Source of the DNA: Bdellovibrionales bacterium
Lineage (GTDB): Bacteria > Bdellovibrionota > Bdellovibrionia > Bdellovibrionales > JAUICD01
Direction: 5' to 3'
Assembly (NCBI GenBank): GCA_965197425.1
Contig: CBDANC010000015.1
Coordinates: forward strand, 1-64,000
Length of the DNA: 64,000 bases
The position numbers were made by a program, and so were the translations under genes. The notes beneath the pieces were generated by a model, which had not been told where the DNA came from, searched no databases, and worked only from the letters and a program-made list of their open reading frames with translations. This document shows, in pieces, positions 12,885 to 23,531 of the stretch. How positions within the stretch are numbered: the first letter of the stretch is position 1; every line of letters begins with the position of its first letter.

Positions 12885-13880
12885 TTAAAAATCGGCGTCC
12901 AGTTTGAACACCTGGTCTTTTCTCTTTGCTCTTACCCCAGATTTTTGGTAATCACCTACTCTTTTCTCAAAAAAGTTAGTTTTTCCCTGAAGAGAGATAA
13001 GCTCCATCCAATCAAATGGGCTTTTAGAGTTATACACTTTGTTAGCACCCAGGCTTAACAGAAGTCTATCTGCTACAAACTCAATATATTGGCTCATCAG
13101 CTCCGCATTCATGCCTATTAAGCTAACTGGAAGAGCGGATGTAACAAAACTTTTTTCTATCTCAACAGCCTCTGTAATTATCTGTGTAACCATATCAGTG
13201 TGTGGTTTGTTGTTAAGAAGACCAAACAGTAGACATGCAAAGTCTGTATGTAATCCTTCGTCTCTACTTATAAGTTCATTAGAAAAAGTAAGTCCTGGCA
13301 TAAGGCCACGCTTTTTTAACCAGAAGATAGAACAAAAACTACCAGAGAAGAAAATCCCTTCAACGGCAGCGAAAGCTATAAGCCTGTGAGCAAAGGAATC
13401 ACTATCGTTAATCCAACGAAGTGCCCAGTTCGCTTTTTGTTTCACAGCAGGTATGGTTTCTATAGCATCAAATAAATACTGTTTTTCCTCTTCATCTTTT
13501 ATGTATGTGTCTATAAGTAGACTGTAGGTTTCTGAGTGTATGTTTTCTACTGCCATTTGAAAGCCATAAAAACATCTGGCCTCTGGTATTTGTACCTCAT
13601 TACAAAACTGTATTGCTAAGTTCTCGTTTACTATACCATCACTTGCAGCAAAAAATGCCAGTACGTGTTTTATAAAATGTTGTTCATCAGAACTTAACTT
13701 TTCCCAGTCATTCATGTCTGCTGAGAGATCGATCTCCTCCGCTGTCCAAAAACTAGCTTCTGCTTTTTTGTACATATCCCAAACAGAAGGATACTTGATA
13801 GGCAACAACACAAATCTATTTGGATTTTCTTTTAAAATTGGTTCCTCTGCTAAATTTTTTGTAGTCACATCATCTGTCAT
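12885..13880 (-). CDS. nrdB: Class Ia ribonucleotide reductase beta subunit
   Basis: [38 protein letters not shown] and KTNFFEKRV motifs. Confidence 0.97.
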   Translation of the reverse strand: MTDDVTTKNLAEEPILKENPNRFVLLPIKYPSVWDMYKKAEASFWTAEEIDLSADMNDWEKLSSDEQHFIKHVLAFFAASDGIVNENLAIQFCNEVQIPEARCFYGFQMAVENIHSETYSLLIDTYIKDEEEKQYLFDAIETIPAVKQKANWALRWINDSDSFAHRLIAFAAVEGIFFSGSFCSIFWLKKRGLMPGLTFSNELISRDEGLHTDFACLLFGLLNNKPHTDMVTQIITEAVEIEKSFVTSALPVSLIGMNAELMSQYIEFVADRLLLSLGANKVYNSKSPFDWMELISLQGKTNFFEKRVGDYQKSGVRAKRKDQVFKLDADF

Positions 13881-14168
13881 ATCATCTACCTCTAATTAAA
13901 TGTCTAAACACAACCAACCAAACATTATGGGTCTTAATTTTTAACTTATGATCGCATACTAAATCAAACCTATAATTTATTTATCTTGTAACCTATTAAA
14001 AGAACTAGAAATGTCTATGCCACGCTGGGTCTTTTGTTTGTATAGAAGTAAAACAAGCAGGTGGGCTTTACGATGTATAAAATGGACATATATAATGCAA
14101 AGATGTATAAGGACAGACTAAAGTGATATTAAGATTTTAGAAAATATTTAATGGAATTTAGAAAATAA

Positions 14169-15116
14169 ATGAACAGCATCATTGTAAAAGCAAAAATACT
14201 AGAGGCTTATAGATCTGCACTTTATGTAGTCATATCAAGTATTATATTGAGCTTATTTTTTTCTATAGCTTTTGCACAGACAGGGCCTGTTGGTACGGCT
14301 CTATCGGGCCCTGCTAGTGCAAAAAGTGGAATTAACCCAGAGCTTATGCTGTCTAACCCAGCATCCCTGTCTGCGGCAAAAAATGTTTATCTAGGTACTA
14401 TAACAACATTTGGAAATAGCGGTAGGCTTGAACTTACTCGCAATATATCTTTGCGGAATACTTATAGTGTATATGTGGTAGATAGAGGAAGTGATTTGTT
14501 GCTTCCGCTTTCGCTTTTTTATACTCGTAGTTACTTGGATATACGAAGCCCAATGGCACAAAGTGATATGAGCAGCGTCTATGTTGCAACTGTGTTTGAT
14601 ATCACCCCAACGCTGTCTTTGGGTGCAGGGTATTATAGGAGCAATCTTGGAGATAGTAACAGTAATTACTTAAAACTTGGGACAATATATGCTTTTTCTG
14701 AAACCGTAAGTTTTGGAGCATCCTATCACCAAGACATATTTAACAATAACACAAGTGACAACGCAATCTCTCTAGGCGCGAGGGTGCTTTTGCTAAACAA
14801 GATAAATGTGTTTTTAGATCTTACTCGTAGAAGTTGGACGTACACTATAAGAAGTAATGATGGTGTGGCTAATAGAAATAGCATGATTAGTTTGGCATTA
14901 GAAAATAAAATTTCTGATTTTATAATACGGCTCGGAGTGAACACACCTTTTTCAAAAGATATTAAAGACGCGCATTTTTCTTGTGGACTTGGATTTGAAG
15001 GACCTAAAATTGGTGTAGATTATGGACTGGGATACTATAGGCCCGTAACAAACAACACAACTTATGAATCTATACGTGAGTTTACACATAGCTTTGACTT
15101 AAACATTTATTTTTGA
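14169..15116 (+). CDS. Putative outer-membrane beta-barrel protein
   Basis: Signal peptide (AFA/Q), NPA motif, alternating beta strands and C-terminal DLNIYF. Confidence 0.6.
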   Translation: MNSIIVKAKILEAYRSALYVVISSIILSLFFSIAFAQTGPVGTALSGPASAKSGINPELMLSNPASLSAAKNVYLGTITTFGNSGRLELTRNISLRNTYSVYVVDRGSDLLLPLSLFYTRSYLDIRSPMAQSDMSSVYVATVFDITPTLSLGAGYYRSNLGDSNSNYLKLGTIYAFSETVSFGASYHQDIFNNNTSDNAISLGARVLLLNKINVFLDLTRRSWTYTIRSNDGVANRNSMISLALENKISDFIIRLGVNTPFSKDIKDAHFSCGLGFEGPKIGVDYGLGYYRPVTNNTTYESIREFTHSFDLNIYF

Positions 15117-15129
15117 GAAACTACAGCGC

Positions 15130-15258
15130 ATGGCATCTCCAACAAAACAGACAAGACTTAGAAGAAAGATGAAGAAAGCTAAGGCAGGTGCTGAAAGAAA
15201 GAAGAAAAATAAAAACCAAGGCACTACTAAAAGTGCTAAAGTACTCTTCAAAGACTAA
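15130..15258 (+). CDS. Small basic protein, 42 aa (MASPTKQTRLRRKMKKAKAGAERKKKNKNQGTTKSAKVLFKD), absent from the ORF track
   Basis: Intact ATG..TAA frame read by hand; 16 of 42 residues are K/R. Confidence 0.65.
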   Translation: MASPTKQTRLRRKMKKAKAGAERKKKNKNQGTTKSAKVLFKD

Positions 15259-15318
15259 TGCTTCCCTCCATCACATAAAAATGCAAGGATGCTATTTGAA
15301 GGTGAGAGATAGTAGGGG

Positions 15319-15999
15319 TTGTCTTTTAAGGAAGTTGAAAATGGGACACTTAAACTTAGAGCAAATAACAGAGACTTAAAGTTGATAACAGGGTTTGGTT
15401 CTAAACACTTTTTGGTACTTGTTCTCTCATCAGCTTTTTTGATTTCTTGTGAAACCACACAAAAATCCGCAGACTCAACTAGAGATTCCTTGCCTTCTAG
15501 AGGAATTTCCAGCGTTAATTCCTTCGTAGATAGCAGAGGACACTCTCCCTTGCACGAAGCAACCAGAAGTGGTGATGTAAGATTAATTACTAGCTTAGTG
15601 CAATCAGGAGGAGATATAAACATTGGAGATGCAATGGATGAAACTCCATTACATCTGGCGGCCAGAACAGGTCAAACAGCAGCGGTTAGAACTTTGGTGC
15701 GGTTGGGCGCTACGGTAAGCACAAAAGACAGGAAAGGACATACCCCTTTGCATGAAGTAGCTAGAAATGGTGATTCAGAAGCTGTTCGTTTTTTGGTAGG
15801 AGCTGGTGCAAATATAAATGAAATAGAGAAAACGAAACTGCACTTCACTTATCAGCTAAAAACAACCAACTAGAAACTTCAAGAGCTTTGGTTGAGTTGG
15901 GTGCTGACACAACGCTGAGAGACAGAGGTGGAAATACAGCCCTCCAAATCGCAACGAGAAAGGGTTATCGAGAAATCGTGTTCTGTACTTGAAAGGTAA
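15319..15999 (+). CDS. Ankyrin-repeat lipoprotein with apparent frameshifts (~15825 and ~15980)
   Basis: Lipobox LISC; SPLHEA, TPLHLA and TPLHEV repeats; two more repeats (NETALHLSAK, GNTALQIA) continue in another frame. The true start is probably downstream of 15319. Confidence 0.8.
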
Positions 16000-16013
16000 A
16001 GTTATTGTTTTAC

Positions 16014-16039
16014 CTCGCCCACTTTAGAAGTCGGGCGGG
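16014..16039. terminator. Hairpin between the convergent ankyrin and histone genes
   Basis: CTCGCCC-ACTT/AAGT-C-GGGCGGG stem followed by ATTCTTT. Confidence 0.55.
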
Positions 16040-16044
16040 ATTCT

Positions 16045-16254
16045 TTACAGATGATCTACAAAGATGTCTTTATCCATAACAGTTTTTCGTTTTTGAGCTT
16101 TAGCGTTGTCCACACCTCTTTTGCAAAGTGCTTCTACAGCTTTTGAAATCTGCGTAATTGCTGAGCTAGAAGTACTAAGCCCATAATTTTCCTTTATGTG
16201 TTTTTTCACCTTGCTGGTTACAATCAGTACACTTGCTAATAAAACTTCCGGCAT
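16045..16254 (-). CDS. Bacterial histone-fold protein (Bd0055/HBb type)
   Basis: LIVTSKVKKHIK...CKRGVDNAKAQKRKTVMDKDI with the histone RKTV..D motif; AGGAGG RBS; closely resembles B. bacteriovorus Bd0055 as I recall it. Confidence 0.9.
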   Translation of the reverse strand: MPEVLLASVLIVTSKVKKHIKENYGLSTSSSAITQISKAVEALCKRGVDNAKAQKRKTVMDKDIFVDHL

Positions 16255-16480
16255 TTAAACCTCCTTTCTACTTGCTTTTTATGAAAGGTTTTTAGGTATT
16301 TATCAATAATTTAAACATAAATTTTTAAATAATCCCATAGTCAAATAAGAGGGATATATCAGTTAACATATTAAAAATACTAGATTAATTCAAATATTTG
16401 CACATCTACAAAGCTTGTCAATAAATAGTGATATTTTTTCATACATCAACCTTGGGTGAGGTTATGGGAATGCACTTTTG

Positions 16481-17731
16481 TTATGTATTTTCTACATAGA
16501 TATTGGCAGTTAGGCCTTTTAGTTTGTCTTGAATTTTTTCATACCCTCGATCTATATGGTATGCACGATGAATTATTGTTGTTCCTTTAGCTGCTAATCC
16601 TGCAATTACTAAACTTGCACTTGCTCTTAAATCAGTTGCCATCACCTGTGCCCCGCATAGATCTTTTTTTCCTCTAATAATTGCTACTGTGGTTTTAGAA
16701 GTTATGTTTGCTCCAAGTCTATTTAGCTCCGAAACATGCATAAATCTATTTTCAAAAATTGTCTCTGTTATAACACTACTACCGCAAGCTTGAGTCATTA
16801 AGGCCATGAATTGTGCTTGTAAATCCGTAGCAAATCCAGGGTATGGTGCTGTGGTAACATCTACAGGCCCTATAGTTTTTCCCGGAGTTATTTGGATATA
16901 ATCCTTCCCTGAGCTTATATTAAAACCAGCTTCTTTTAATTTGCGTGTCAGTGCATCCAGGTGTTTGGGCTCACAAATAACTTTTACATTTCCCTTTGTT
17001 ATAGCACCTGCTATCAAAAATGTGCCAGCCTCTATCCTATCAGGCATTATCTCGAAAGTTTCAGGTGTTAGTTTGTCCACCCCCTCCACTTCTAATACAC
17101 TTGTACCAACACCTTCTATCTTAGCCCCCATTTTTTTTAGGTAAGTTATCAGATCATTAATTTCAGGTTCCTTTGCAGCATTTTCGATTACGGTTGTTCC
17201 CTTTGCCAGCACTGCGGCCATAAGAATATTTTCAGTCCCTCCAACGCTTACGCCATCGAATACAATTCTTGATCCAGTAAGACTCAAAGCGGTTGCACTC
17301 ACATACCCATTTTTTATTTGAATGTCAGCACCCAAACTCTTTAATCCTTCAATATGTTGATTTATGGGCCTTGTTCCAATTGCACAACCACCAGGAAGGC
17401 TCACCAAAGCTTCCCCCCATTTGGAAACAAGAGGTCCTAAGCACAGTATGCTAGCTCTCATTTGCTTTACTAATTCATAAGGGGCTTTGGTATTAGAAAT
17501 ATTAGAGGTATCAACAGTGATACAACTTTCTTGTCTGGTTGTTTTTGCGCCAAAACTATCTAGCAACTTTAAAGTCAGATCAACATCTTTTAGATCTGGA
17601 GTATTTGTAAACTCATGTTTTCCTTTGGCAAGTAGGGTAGAAAATAAAATGGGAAGAACGGCATTTTTTGCTCCACTTACTTTAACTTCACCTGTTAGGG
17701 TATTAGGACCTTTAATAACTATTTTTTTCAT
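16481..17731 (-). CDS. murA: UDP-N-acetylglucosamine 1-carboxyvinyltransferase
   Basis: SGAKNA, LPGGCAIGTRP and ATDLRA motifs. Confidence 0.98.
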   Translation of the reverse strand: MKKIVIKGPNTLTGEVKVSGAKNAVLPILFSTLLAKGKHEFTNTPDLKDVDLTLKLLDSFGAKTTRQESCITVDTSNISNTKAPYELVKQMRASILCLGPLVSKWGEALVSLPGGCAIGTRPINQHIEGLKSLGADIQIKNGYVSATALSLTGSRIVFDGVSVGGTENILMAAVLAKGTTVIENAAKEPEINDLITYLKKMGAKIEGVGTSVLEVEGVDKLTPETFEIMPDRIEAGTFLIAGAITKGNVKVICEPKHLDALTRKLKEAGFNISSGKDYIQITPGKTIGPVDVTTAPYPGFATDLQAQFMALMTQACGSSVITETIFENRFMHVSELNRLGANITSKTTVAIIRGKKDLCGAQVMATDLRASASLVIAGLAAKGTTIIHRAYHIDRGYEKIQDKLKGLTANIYVENT

Positions 17732-17741
17732 ATCTACTTCC

Positions 17742-18548
17742 TTAAGGTTTTTTAGCTTTTATAATTCTAGCTACATTATGAAGATCATTTATTAGTTCTA
17801 TTTTATCAAATCCATTTTTTTCAAAAATTTCTTTGGCTTTTGTTCTTTGGCCATATCCTATTTCAAAAATAGCTATCCCCTTTGTTTTTAAAAAATCATG
17901 TGAAAGCTTTGACCATTTTTGTATACATTCAAGTCCTGTCATTCCAGAGAACAAAGCTTCCCAAGGTTCGTAGTTTTTAACCCCATCATCTAAATGATCT
18001 AGGTATGAAACATAGGGCGGGTTTGATACTACAAGATCATAGTTTTTGCCTTTAAAATCAGAAACATCTGCTCTTTCAAATGAAAAGTTTTTTACCCCAT
18101 GTTTAAGATAGTTCTTTTCTATTACTTCAACCGCAGACTTTGATTTTTCTATTGCATGAACTTTTAAATTTTTTCTAGATAAAGCAATAGAAATTCCAAT
18201 GCATCCTGAGCCTGCACCCATGTCCAAAACAGATCCTTCTCTAGGCAAAGAGTCTATGGCTAAAGAAACCAAAAGCTCAGTTTCAGGCCTTGGGATTAAT
18301 ACATCTGGAGTTATAAAAAAATCAAATCCATAAAACTGAGTTTGACTAATTATATACTCCAAAGGCTCACCTGAATTTCTTCTTTTAATTAGTTTTGCTA
18401 GAATAAGTTTTTGATCGTTTGTTAGGTTTATGTCAGAAAATAATAAAGCTTCTTTTTTTATTTTTAGTATGTGACAAAGTAGGAGTTCTGCATCCAGCCT
18501 TGGATTTTCTGCATGAAACTCTTTTGCAATAGCGTTTATTAAAGACAT
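17742..18548 (-). CDS. prmC: Release factor glutamine methyltransferase
   Basis: LIPRPETE, DMGAGSG and SNPPY motifs; follows prfA. Confidence 0.95.
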   Translation of the reverse strand: MSLINAIAKEFHAENPRLDAELLLCHILKIKKEALLFSDINLTNDQKLILAKLIKRRNSGEPLEYIISQTQFYGFDFFITPDVLIPRPETELLVSLAIDSLPREGSVLDMGAGSGCIGISIALSRKNLKVHAIEKSKSAVEVIEKNYLKHGVKNFSFERADVSDFKGKNYDLVVSNPPYVSYLDHLDDGVKNYEPWEALFSGMTGLECIQKWSKLSHDFLKTKGIAIFEIGYGQRTKAKEIFEKNGFDKIELINDLHNVARIIKAKKP

Positions 18549-18565
18549 TACTTTACCGTATTCCT

Positions 18566-19633
18566 TTAACCATCTTTTAAAGCTTGGGTTTGAAAATATG
18601 TTGTTACATGATCTATTAAATTTGACATCTGACCATTCATTACATCGCCTAGCGCTTTTGTGGTATATCCCACTCTGTGGTCCGTTATCCTAGATTGTGG
18701 AAAATTGTAAGTTCTAATTCTTTCTGATCTATCTCCAGTGCCTATTTGTTGGAGTCTTTTTTCAGATTCACTTTGCCTAAATTTCCTGTTTTCCATATCT
18801 AAAAGTCGTGCATATAGAACCTTCATAGCTTTATTTTTATTTTTTAACTGGGATTTCTCATCCTGACAAGACACCACTATTCCAGATGATATGTGTTTTA
18901 TCCTGACAGCAGAATCAGTAGTGTTTACATGTTGCCCTCCACTTCCACTAGATCTATAGACATCTATTTTTAAATCGTCAGGATCTATTTTTACATCTAC
19001 CTCATCTGCTTCTGGTAATACAGCAACGGTAATTGTAGAAGTATGAACTCTCCCCTGACTTTCAGTTCTGGGCACTCTTTGAACTCTATGTACTCCACTT
19101 TCATATTTTAATTTGCTAAATACCTTATCTCCACTCAAAGCTGCTATTACTTCTTTATATCCCCCGGCATTTCCTTCTGAAATAGAAATTACATCTACCT
19201 TCCATTTTTTACTTGTTGCAAAAAGGCCATATGCTCTAAACAATTCCTCCGTAAACAAACTGGCTTCGTCACCTCCAGCACCTGCTCTTATCTCTAAAAT
19301 TATGTTTTTGTTGTCATTTGGATCTTTTGGAATAAGTTGTTCTTTAAGTTTTTTTTCTAAAACCTCTTTTTTTGCTTTCAGATCTCCTATTTCATCCCTA
19401 GCAAGTTTGGTTAGTTCTTGATCTGTTGAATCATTTATTAACTCTTGGTTTGATTCAATTTGTGCTTTAATAACTTTAAATTGTCCGTAGATCTCCATCA
19501 TAGGGTTAATCTCAGAAAACTCTTTCATCAGCTCTTGATATAGGGATTTGTTTTTGATAACTTCCGCATCTTGAAGCTTTTTTTTAATCTCTTCAAATCG
19601 CAGATTGATGTCGTCTAAATCTTTAAACAACAT
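18566..19633 (-). CDS. prfA: Peptide chain release factor 1
   Basis: PRT specificity motif (RVPRTE), GGQ and ERIRTYNF. Confidence 0.97.
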   Translation of the reverse strand: MLFKDLDDINLRFEEIKKKLQDAEVIKNKSLYQELMKEFSEINPMMEIYGQFKVIKAQIESNQELINDSTDQELTKLARDEIGDLKAKKEVLEKKLKEQLIPKDPNDNKNIILEIRAGAGGDEASLFTEELFRAYGLFATSKKWKVDVISISEGNAGGYKEVIAALSGDKVFSKLKYESGVHRVQRVPRTESQGRVHTSTITVAVLPEADEVDVKIDPDDLKIDVYRSSGSGGQHVNTTDSAVRIKHISSGIVVSCQDEKSQLKNKNKAMKVLYARLLDMENRKFRQSESEKRLQQIGTGDRSERIRTYNFPQSRITDHRVGYTTKALGDVMNGQMSNLIDHVTTYFQTQALKDG

Positions 19634-19848
19634 TATTTTTTGAATTTAGCATATCGTTTGTTAAATCTTTCAACCCTTCCTTCAACATCCACCAGTTTTT
19701 GCTTTCCGGTATAGAAAGGGTGACAATTGCTACAAATATCCACTTTTATTCTAGGTAGAGTAGAGCCAGTCAAAAAAGAATTTCCACAAACACATGTGAC
19801 CTTAGAGTCTTTATGCCAACTAATATCTTTTTGTACATTTTGTTTCAT
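19633..19848 (-). CDS. rpmE: 50S ribosomal protein L31 (Zn-binding type)
   Basis: CVCG...[13 protein letters not shown]. Confidence 0.95.
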   Translation of the reverse strand: MKQNVQKDISWHKDSKVTCVCGNSFLTGSTLPRIKVDICSNCHPFYTGKQKLVDVEGRVERFNKRYAKFKK

Positions 19849-19938
19849 GTTTGTCTCTTTGTTTTTTCCTTCTTATATTCTCTTATAAAAAACAGGTTTG
19901 TGCTTTTAGTTCAAGTTAAACATTAAGGCAACTAACAT

Positions 19939-21537
19939 CTAGTTGCTCATATTTTTTATAAATTCCTCATTTGTCTTTGTGTTTTTTAACTTGTCCAGTA
20001 AAAATTCCACGCTATCAACAACATTCATAGGAGCTAAGACTTTTCTTAAAATCCAAAGTCTTTGTAAGTGACTGCTATCTAACAGAAGATCTTCTTTTCT
20101 GGTACCTGATTTGTTGATATCCATACAAGGAAATATTCGTTTTTCCATAAGTTTTCTGTCTAGGTTTATTTCGGAGTTTCCTGTTCCCTTAAATTCTTCA
20201 AAAATTACTTCATCCATTCTTGATCCGGTGTCTATCAGTGCCGTTGCAATAATGGTAAGACTTCCACCTTCTTCGATATTTCTGGCTGCCCCAAAAAATC
20301 TTTTTGGCTTATGTAATGCATTTGAATCTACACCACCCGATAAAATTTTTCCAGAAGGAGGTACAACAGTATTATAAGCTCTAGCTAATCTGGTTATTGA
20401 ATCTAGTAATATAACAACATCATGCTTATGTTCTACCAGACGCTTGGCCTTTTCCAGCACCATCTCAGCTACCTGAACATGTCTGGTAAGCGGTTCATCA
20501 AATGTAGAACTAATTACTTCCCCTTTTACATTTCTGGACATATCTGTAACTTCTTCTGGCCTTTCATCAATTAAAAGAACTATCAAAGACACTTCAGGAT
20601 GATTTATGGTGATAGCATTTGCTATATCTTGCAATATTACGGTCTTCCCAGTTCTAGGAGGAGCAACAATTAAGGCTCTTTGTCCTTTGCCTAACGGAGC
20701 CATCATATCGATAACTCTGGTAGTGAAGTTTGCAGGGCTATGTTCAAGGGTAAGTTTTTGTTTGGGATACAATGGGGTTAGGTTATCAAATAATAGTTTT
20801 TCTTTAGAGGCTTCTAATTTTTCTTTATTTAAAGTTTCTACTTTTAAGAGAGCAAAATATCTTTCATTGTCCTTTGGAGGTCTTACAGTTCCAGCAATAT
20901 CATCCCCAGTTCTTAAACCAAACCTCTTAATCTGAGATGGGCTTACATATATATCATCAGGGCCAGGCAAATAGTTGTAATCGGGAGACCTTAAGAAACC
21001 GTAACCGTCAGATAATATTTCTAAAACACCGTGCCCGTAAATATTTCCAAATTTAGCAGCCCGTTTTAAAACCTCAAACACCAAGTCTTGCCGCCTAAGT
21101 CCAGCAGCGTGTTCTATGTGAAGCTTTCCTGCTAATTCAGCCAGTGCATTTATCTTTTTGCCCTTTAAATCTTTCGAGTTTAGGGACGTTTTGTCCTCGT
21201 CTGTTAGAGCTGCTTTTATTTGTTCTATCTGTTCTTCAGATAACTCAAGTGCTATATTCTCGGAAGATTCCGTACCACCCACATTAACTTGAGATCCGGC
21301 ACTACTATTTTCATGTTGCTTTTTTCTAGATCTATCAGAGGAATAATTTCCATTATACCTTCTAGAACTACTAGCTCCGGATCTTCTCATAGAAGGGTTG
21401 TGACTACTTCTAGATCTTCTCTTTTCACCTCTTTCAGAAGAAGAGGAAGTTTCTGATTTTACATCAGACCTTACATCATCTTTGTTTACGTTTGCTATCT
21501 CTTTACTATCTACCATTTCCCTTTCATCCGAGTACAT
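19939..21537 (-). CDS. rho: Transcription termination factor Rho with a low-complexity N-terminal extension
   Basis: [24 protein letters not shown] and DERPEEV motifs. Confidence 0.97.
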   Translation of the reverse strand: MYSDEREMVDSKEIANVNKDDVRSDVKSETSSSSERGEKRRSRSSHNPSMRRSGASSSRRYNGNYSSDRSRKKQHENSSAGSQVNVGGTESSENIALELSEEQIEQIKAALTDEDKTSLNSKDLKGKKINALAELAGKLHIEHAAGLRRQDLVFEVLKRAAKFGNIYGHGVLEILSDGYGFLRSPDYNYLPGPDDIYVSPSQIKRFGLRTGDDIAGTVRPPKDNERYFALLKVETLNKEKLEASKEKLLFDNLTPLYPKQKLTLEHSPANFTTRVIDMMAPLGKGQRALIVAPPRTGKTVILQDIANAITINHPEVSLIVLLIDERPEEVTDMSRNVKGEVISSTFDEPLTRHVQVAEMVLEKAKRLVEHKHDVVILLDSITRLARAYNTVVPPSGKILSGGVDSNALHKPKRFFGAARNIEEGGSLTIIATALIDTGSRMDEVIFEEFKGTGNSEINLDRKLMEKRIFPCMDINKSGTRKEDLLLDSSHLQRLWILRKVLAPMNVVDSVEFLLDKLKNTKTNEEFIKNMSN

Positions 21538-22000
21538 GTAAAATTTTGCCTAAAATTGATGGTAAAGCTTTAAAACTGAATCTAACAAAATAGGTGGACT
21601 ATATTACTACAACTTAATTACAACACCTTAATTACAACACCCTAAGTTTCAGAATATCCTTAACCTTCTAGAAAACAGATCAACACCACATCTTTAATAT
21701 ACTTACCTAACATCTCTTTAATTAATATCTTCATTTTAAACAAGAGCTTTAATGTGATAGATCCTTGGTAGATTTTCTTGAAACTAAAGGCGTGAAAACA
21801 CAACCCCAGACGCTAACAACCCAAGGCCCTAAAGTCAATGCTTTTTGTAAAAGAAAGGTGCACAGGGGGTCTAAAGATGCGGTTTTTTTGAATAAAATAG
21901 TTAAGATTAAATCCTTTTCTCTGACCTAAATGAAGTCAAAAATAACTCCTGCCACTATCTCTGGGCGGGTCTGTAGATTAGCAATATTAATGTAATGAAA

Positions 22001-23380
22001 CTATATTTGTGTTTCGCCGCCAAGCCCGGCAGTGTTTTCAATATCTCTTTGCCTAGCTTTAGCTCTCTTTCTAATAGCCACAAGCAAGACAAGTGTTATC
22101 AAAACAACCCCTGCTGCAAGTATAGTTATTTTATCTCCCCCTCCAGGAAGCTTGTCCATAACCCCACCGCTGGTGGCAGCAGTGCCTTGGTTATCATCAG
22201 TATCTGCTAAGGCAGGCGGAAGTGGAGGAGGTGGAGGAGGCACATCACCCATAATATCAGAAGGAGGAGGAGGAGGTATGTCACCCATCATATCAGGAGG
22301 AGGAGGTGGAGGAGGAGGTATGTCACCCATCATATCAGGAGGAGGTGGAGGAGGCATGTCACCCATCATATCAGGAGGAGGTGAGGGAGGCATATCGCCC
22401 ATCATGTCGGAAGGAGGAGGTGGCATATCTGTTGGTGTACCACCTTCAGGTCCAACAGGCATGTCAGAAGCAGGTGGAGCTACAGCAACTGCTCCCGATG
22501 GCCAATATGCAATTTCTCTGTCTTGTGTTAATGTCCATTTTTCAGATTCTTCCAAATCTATATTTTTAGCCCAAAGCTCTTTCCAAGAATTTCTGTTGCC
22601 CAAAATATTTTCAGCAATATCTCTTATATTTTCGCCCCTCTTTGCAGAGTAAACACTAGGAGGGAGATTTGAATCTTCATAGTAAGACAAAAGCCTTCCT
22701 CTATCATCTGGCCTGTTTGGCGAGTTGTAGTAAACCTTATCACCCACAGAAATCTTATTAGCTAAATTTGGATTTATCTCTAAAAGTTCAGATTCTCTAT
22801 CAGGTGTTCTATATATCTTTGAACTTATAGAACTCAAAGAGTCTCCATCCCTTACAATGTAAACAGCGTTGACTAAACGAGAAGCCTTATCATACGGCTC
22901 TGACTTTATTTTCTTTACAGGTATAAATGTTCTTGTGCCTTCCTCAACATCATTGTATCCGGGCTCTGTATAGGCAAGATCATCTCCTCCATCTACTTCT
23001 TCATATCCTTCATCAAAACTTTCGTCAGAAGGAGCTTCTGCAGTGGTTCCATCGCCGGACCCATCTTCATCAAAAAAATCATCTCCCCCATCAGCTGCTT
23101 CGTCAGCCGATACATCATAGTCTTCTCCCTCAAAACCTTCCTCATCTAAAGACATATCATTTGCATCAGCCATTTCATCCATCGAAGGTTCTTCGAAATC
23201 TTCATCTAAGGGATCGTCTGGGAATTCTTCATCTAGGGCTCCGTCATCAAAATCTTCAAGACCAGAGTCACCTGCCATTGCTTCCGAACTATCTAAATCA
23301 CTGGCCCCATCATCTTCCTTTTTGTTGGAAGTACAGCCAATAAAACTAAACAATAGTAAAATTAAAAATAAATGTCTCAA
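22001..23380 (-). CDS. LysM-domain lipoprotein with acidic N-terminus, Pro-rich repeats and C-terminal TM helix
   Basis: Lipobox FIGC; YIVRDGDSLSSIS and YSAKRGENIRDIA LysM-like segments; C-terminal hydrophobic helix followed by a basic stop-transfer segment. Confidence 0.75.
   Translation of the reverse strand: MRHLFLILLLFSFIGCTSNKKEDDGASDLDSSEAMAGDSGLEDFDDGALDEEFPDDPLDEDFEEPSMDEMADANDMSLDEEGFEGEDYDVSADEAADGGDDFFDEDGSGDGTTAEAPSDESFDEGYEEVDGGDDLAYTEPGYNDVEEGTRTFIPVKKIKSEPYDKASRLVNAVYIVRDGDSLSSISSKIYRTPDRESELLEINPNLANKISVGDKVYYNSPNRPDDRGRLLSYYEDSNLPPSVYSAKRGENIRDIAENILGNRNSWKELWAKNIDLEESEKWTLTQDREIAYWPSGAVAVAPPASDMPVGPEGGTPTDMPPPPSDMMGDMPPSPPPDMMGDMPPPPPPDMMGDIPPPPPPPPDMMGDIPPPPPSDIMGDVPPPPPPLPPALADTDDNQGTAATSGGVMDKLPGGGDKITILAAGVVLITLVLLVAIRKRAKARQRDIENTAGLGGETQI
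22219..22430 (-). repeat. Coding tandem repeat D(M/I/V)P(n)DMMG, about 5.5 copies
   Basis: Repeated TGTCACCCATCATATCAGGAGGAGG on the + strand with variable GGA/GGT run length. Confidence 0.9.
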
Positions 23381-23531
23381 CTAGATCTCTTTTTTAATCT
23401 AATTATTCCGCCTATTGTCCAATTACAGCACAATGAAAAAATATAATAAACAGCTAACTTTAAGTTAAAGGCTTTGGTCTAGTTGTTTTAAAAATTTAAG
23501 ACTTTGGTCTAAGTAATGGACATATACAAAT

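Noticed and set aside
13917..13932. NrdR-box-like ACCAAACATTATGGGT upstream of nrdB
   Set aside because: Weak match with no clear second box.
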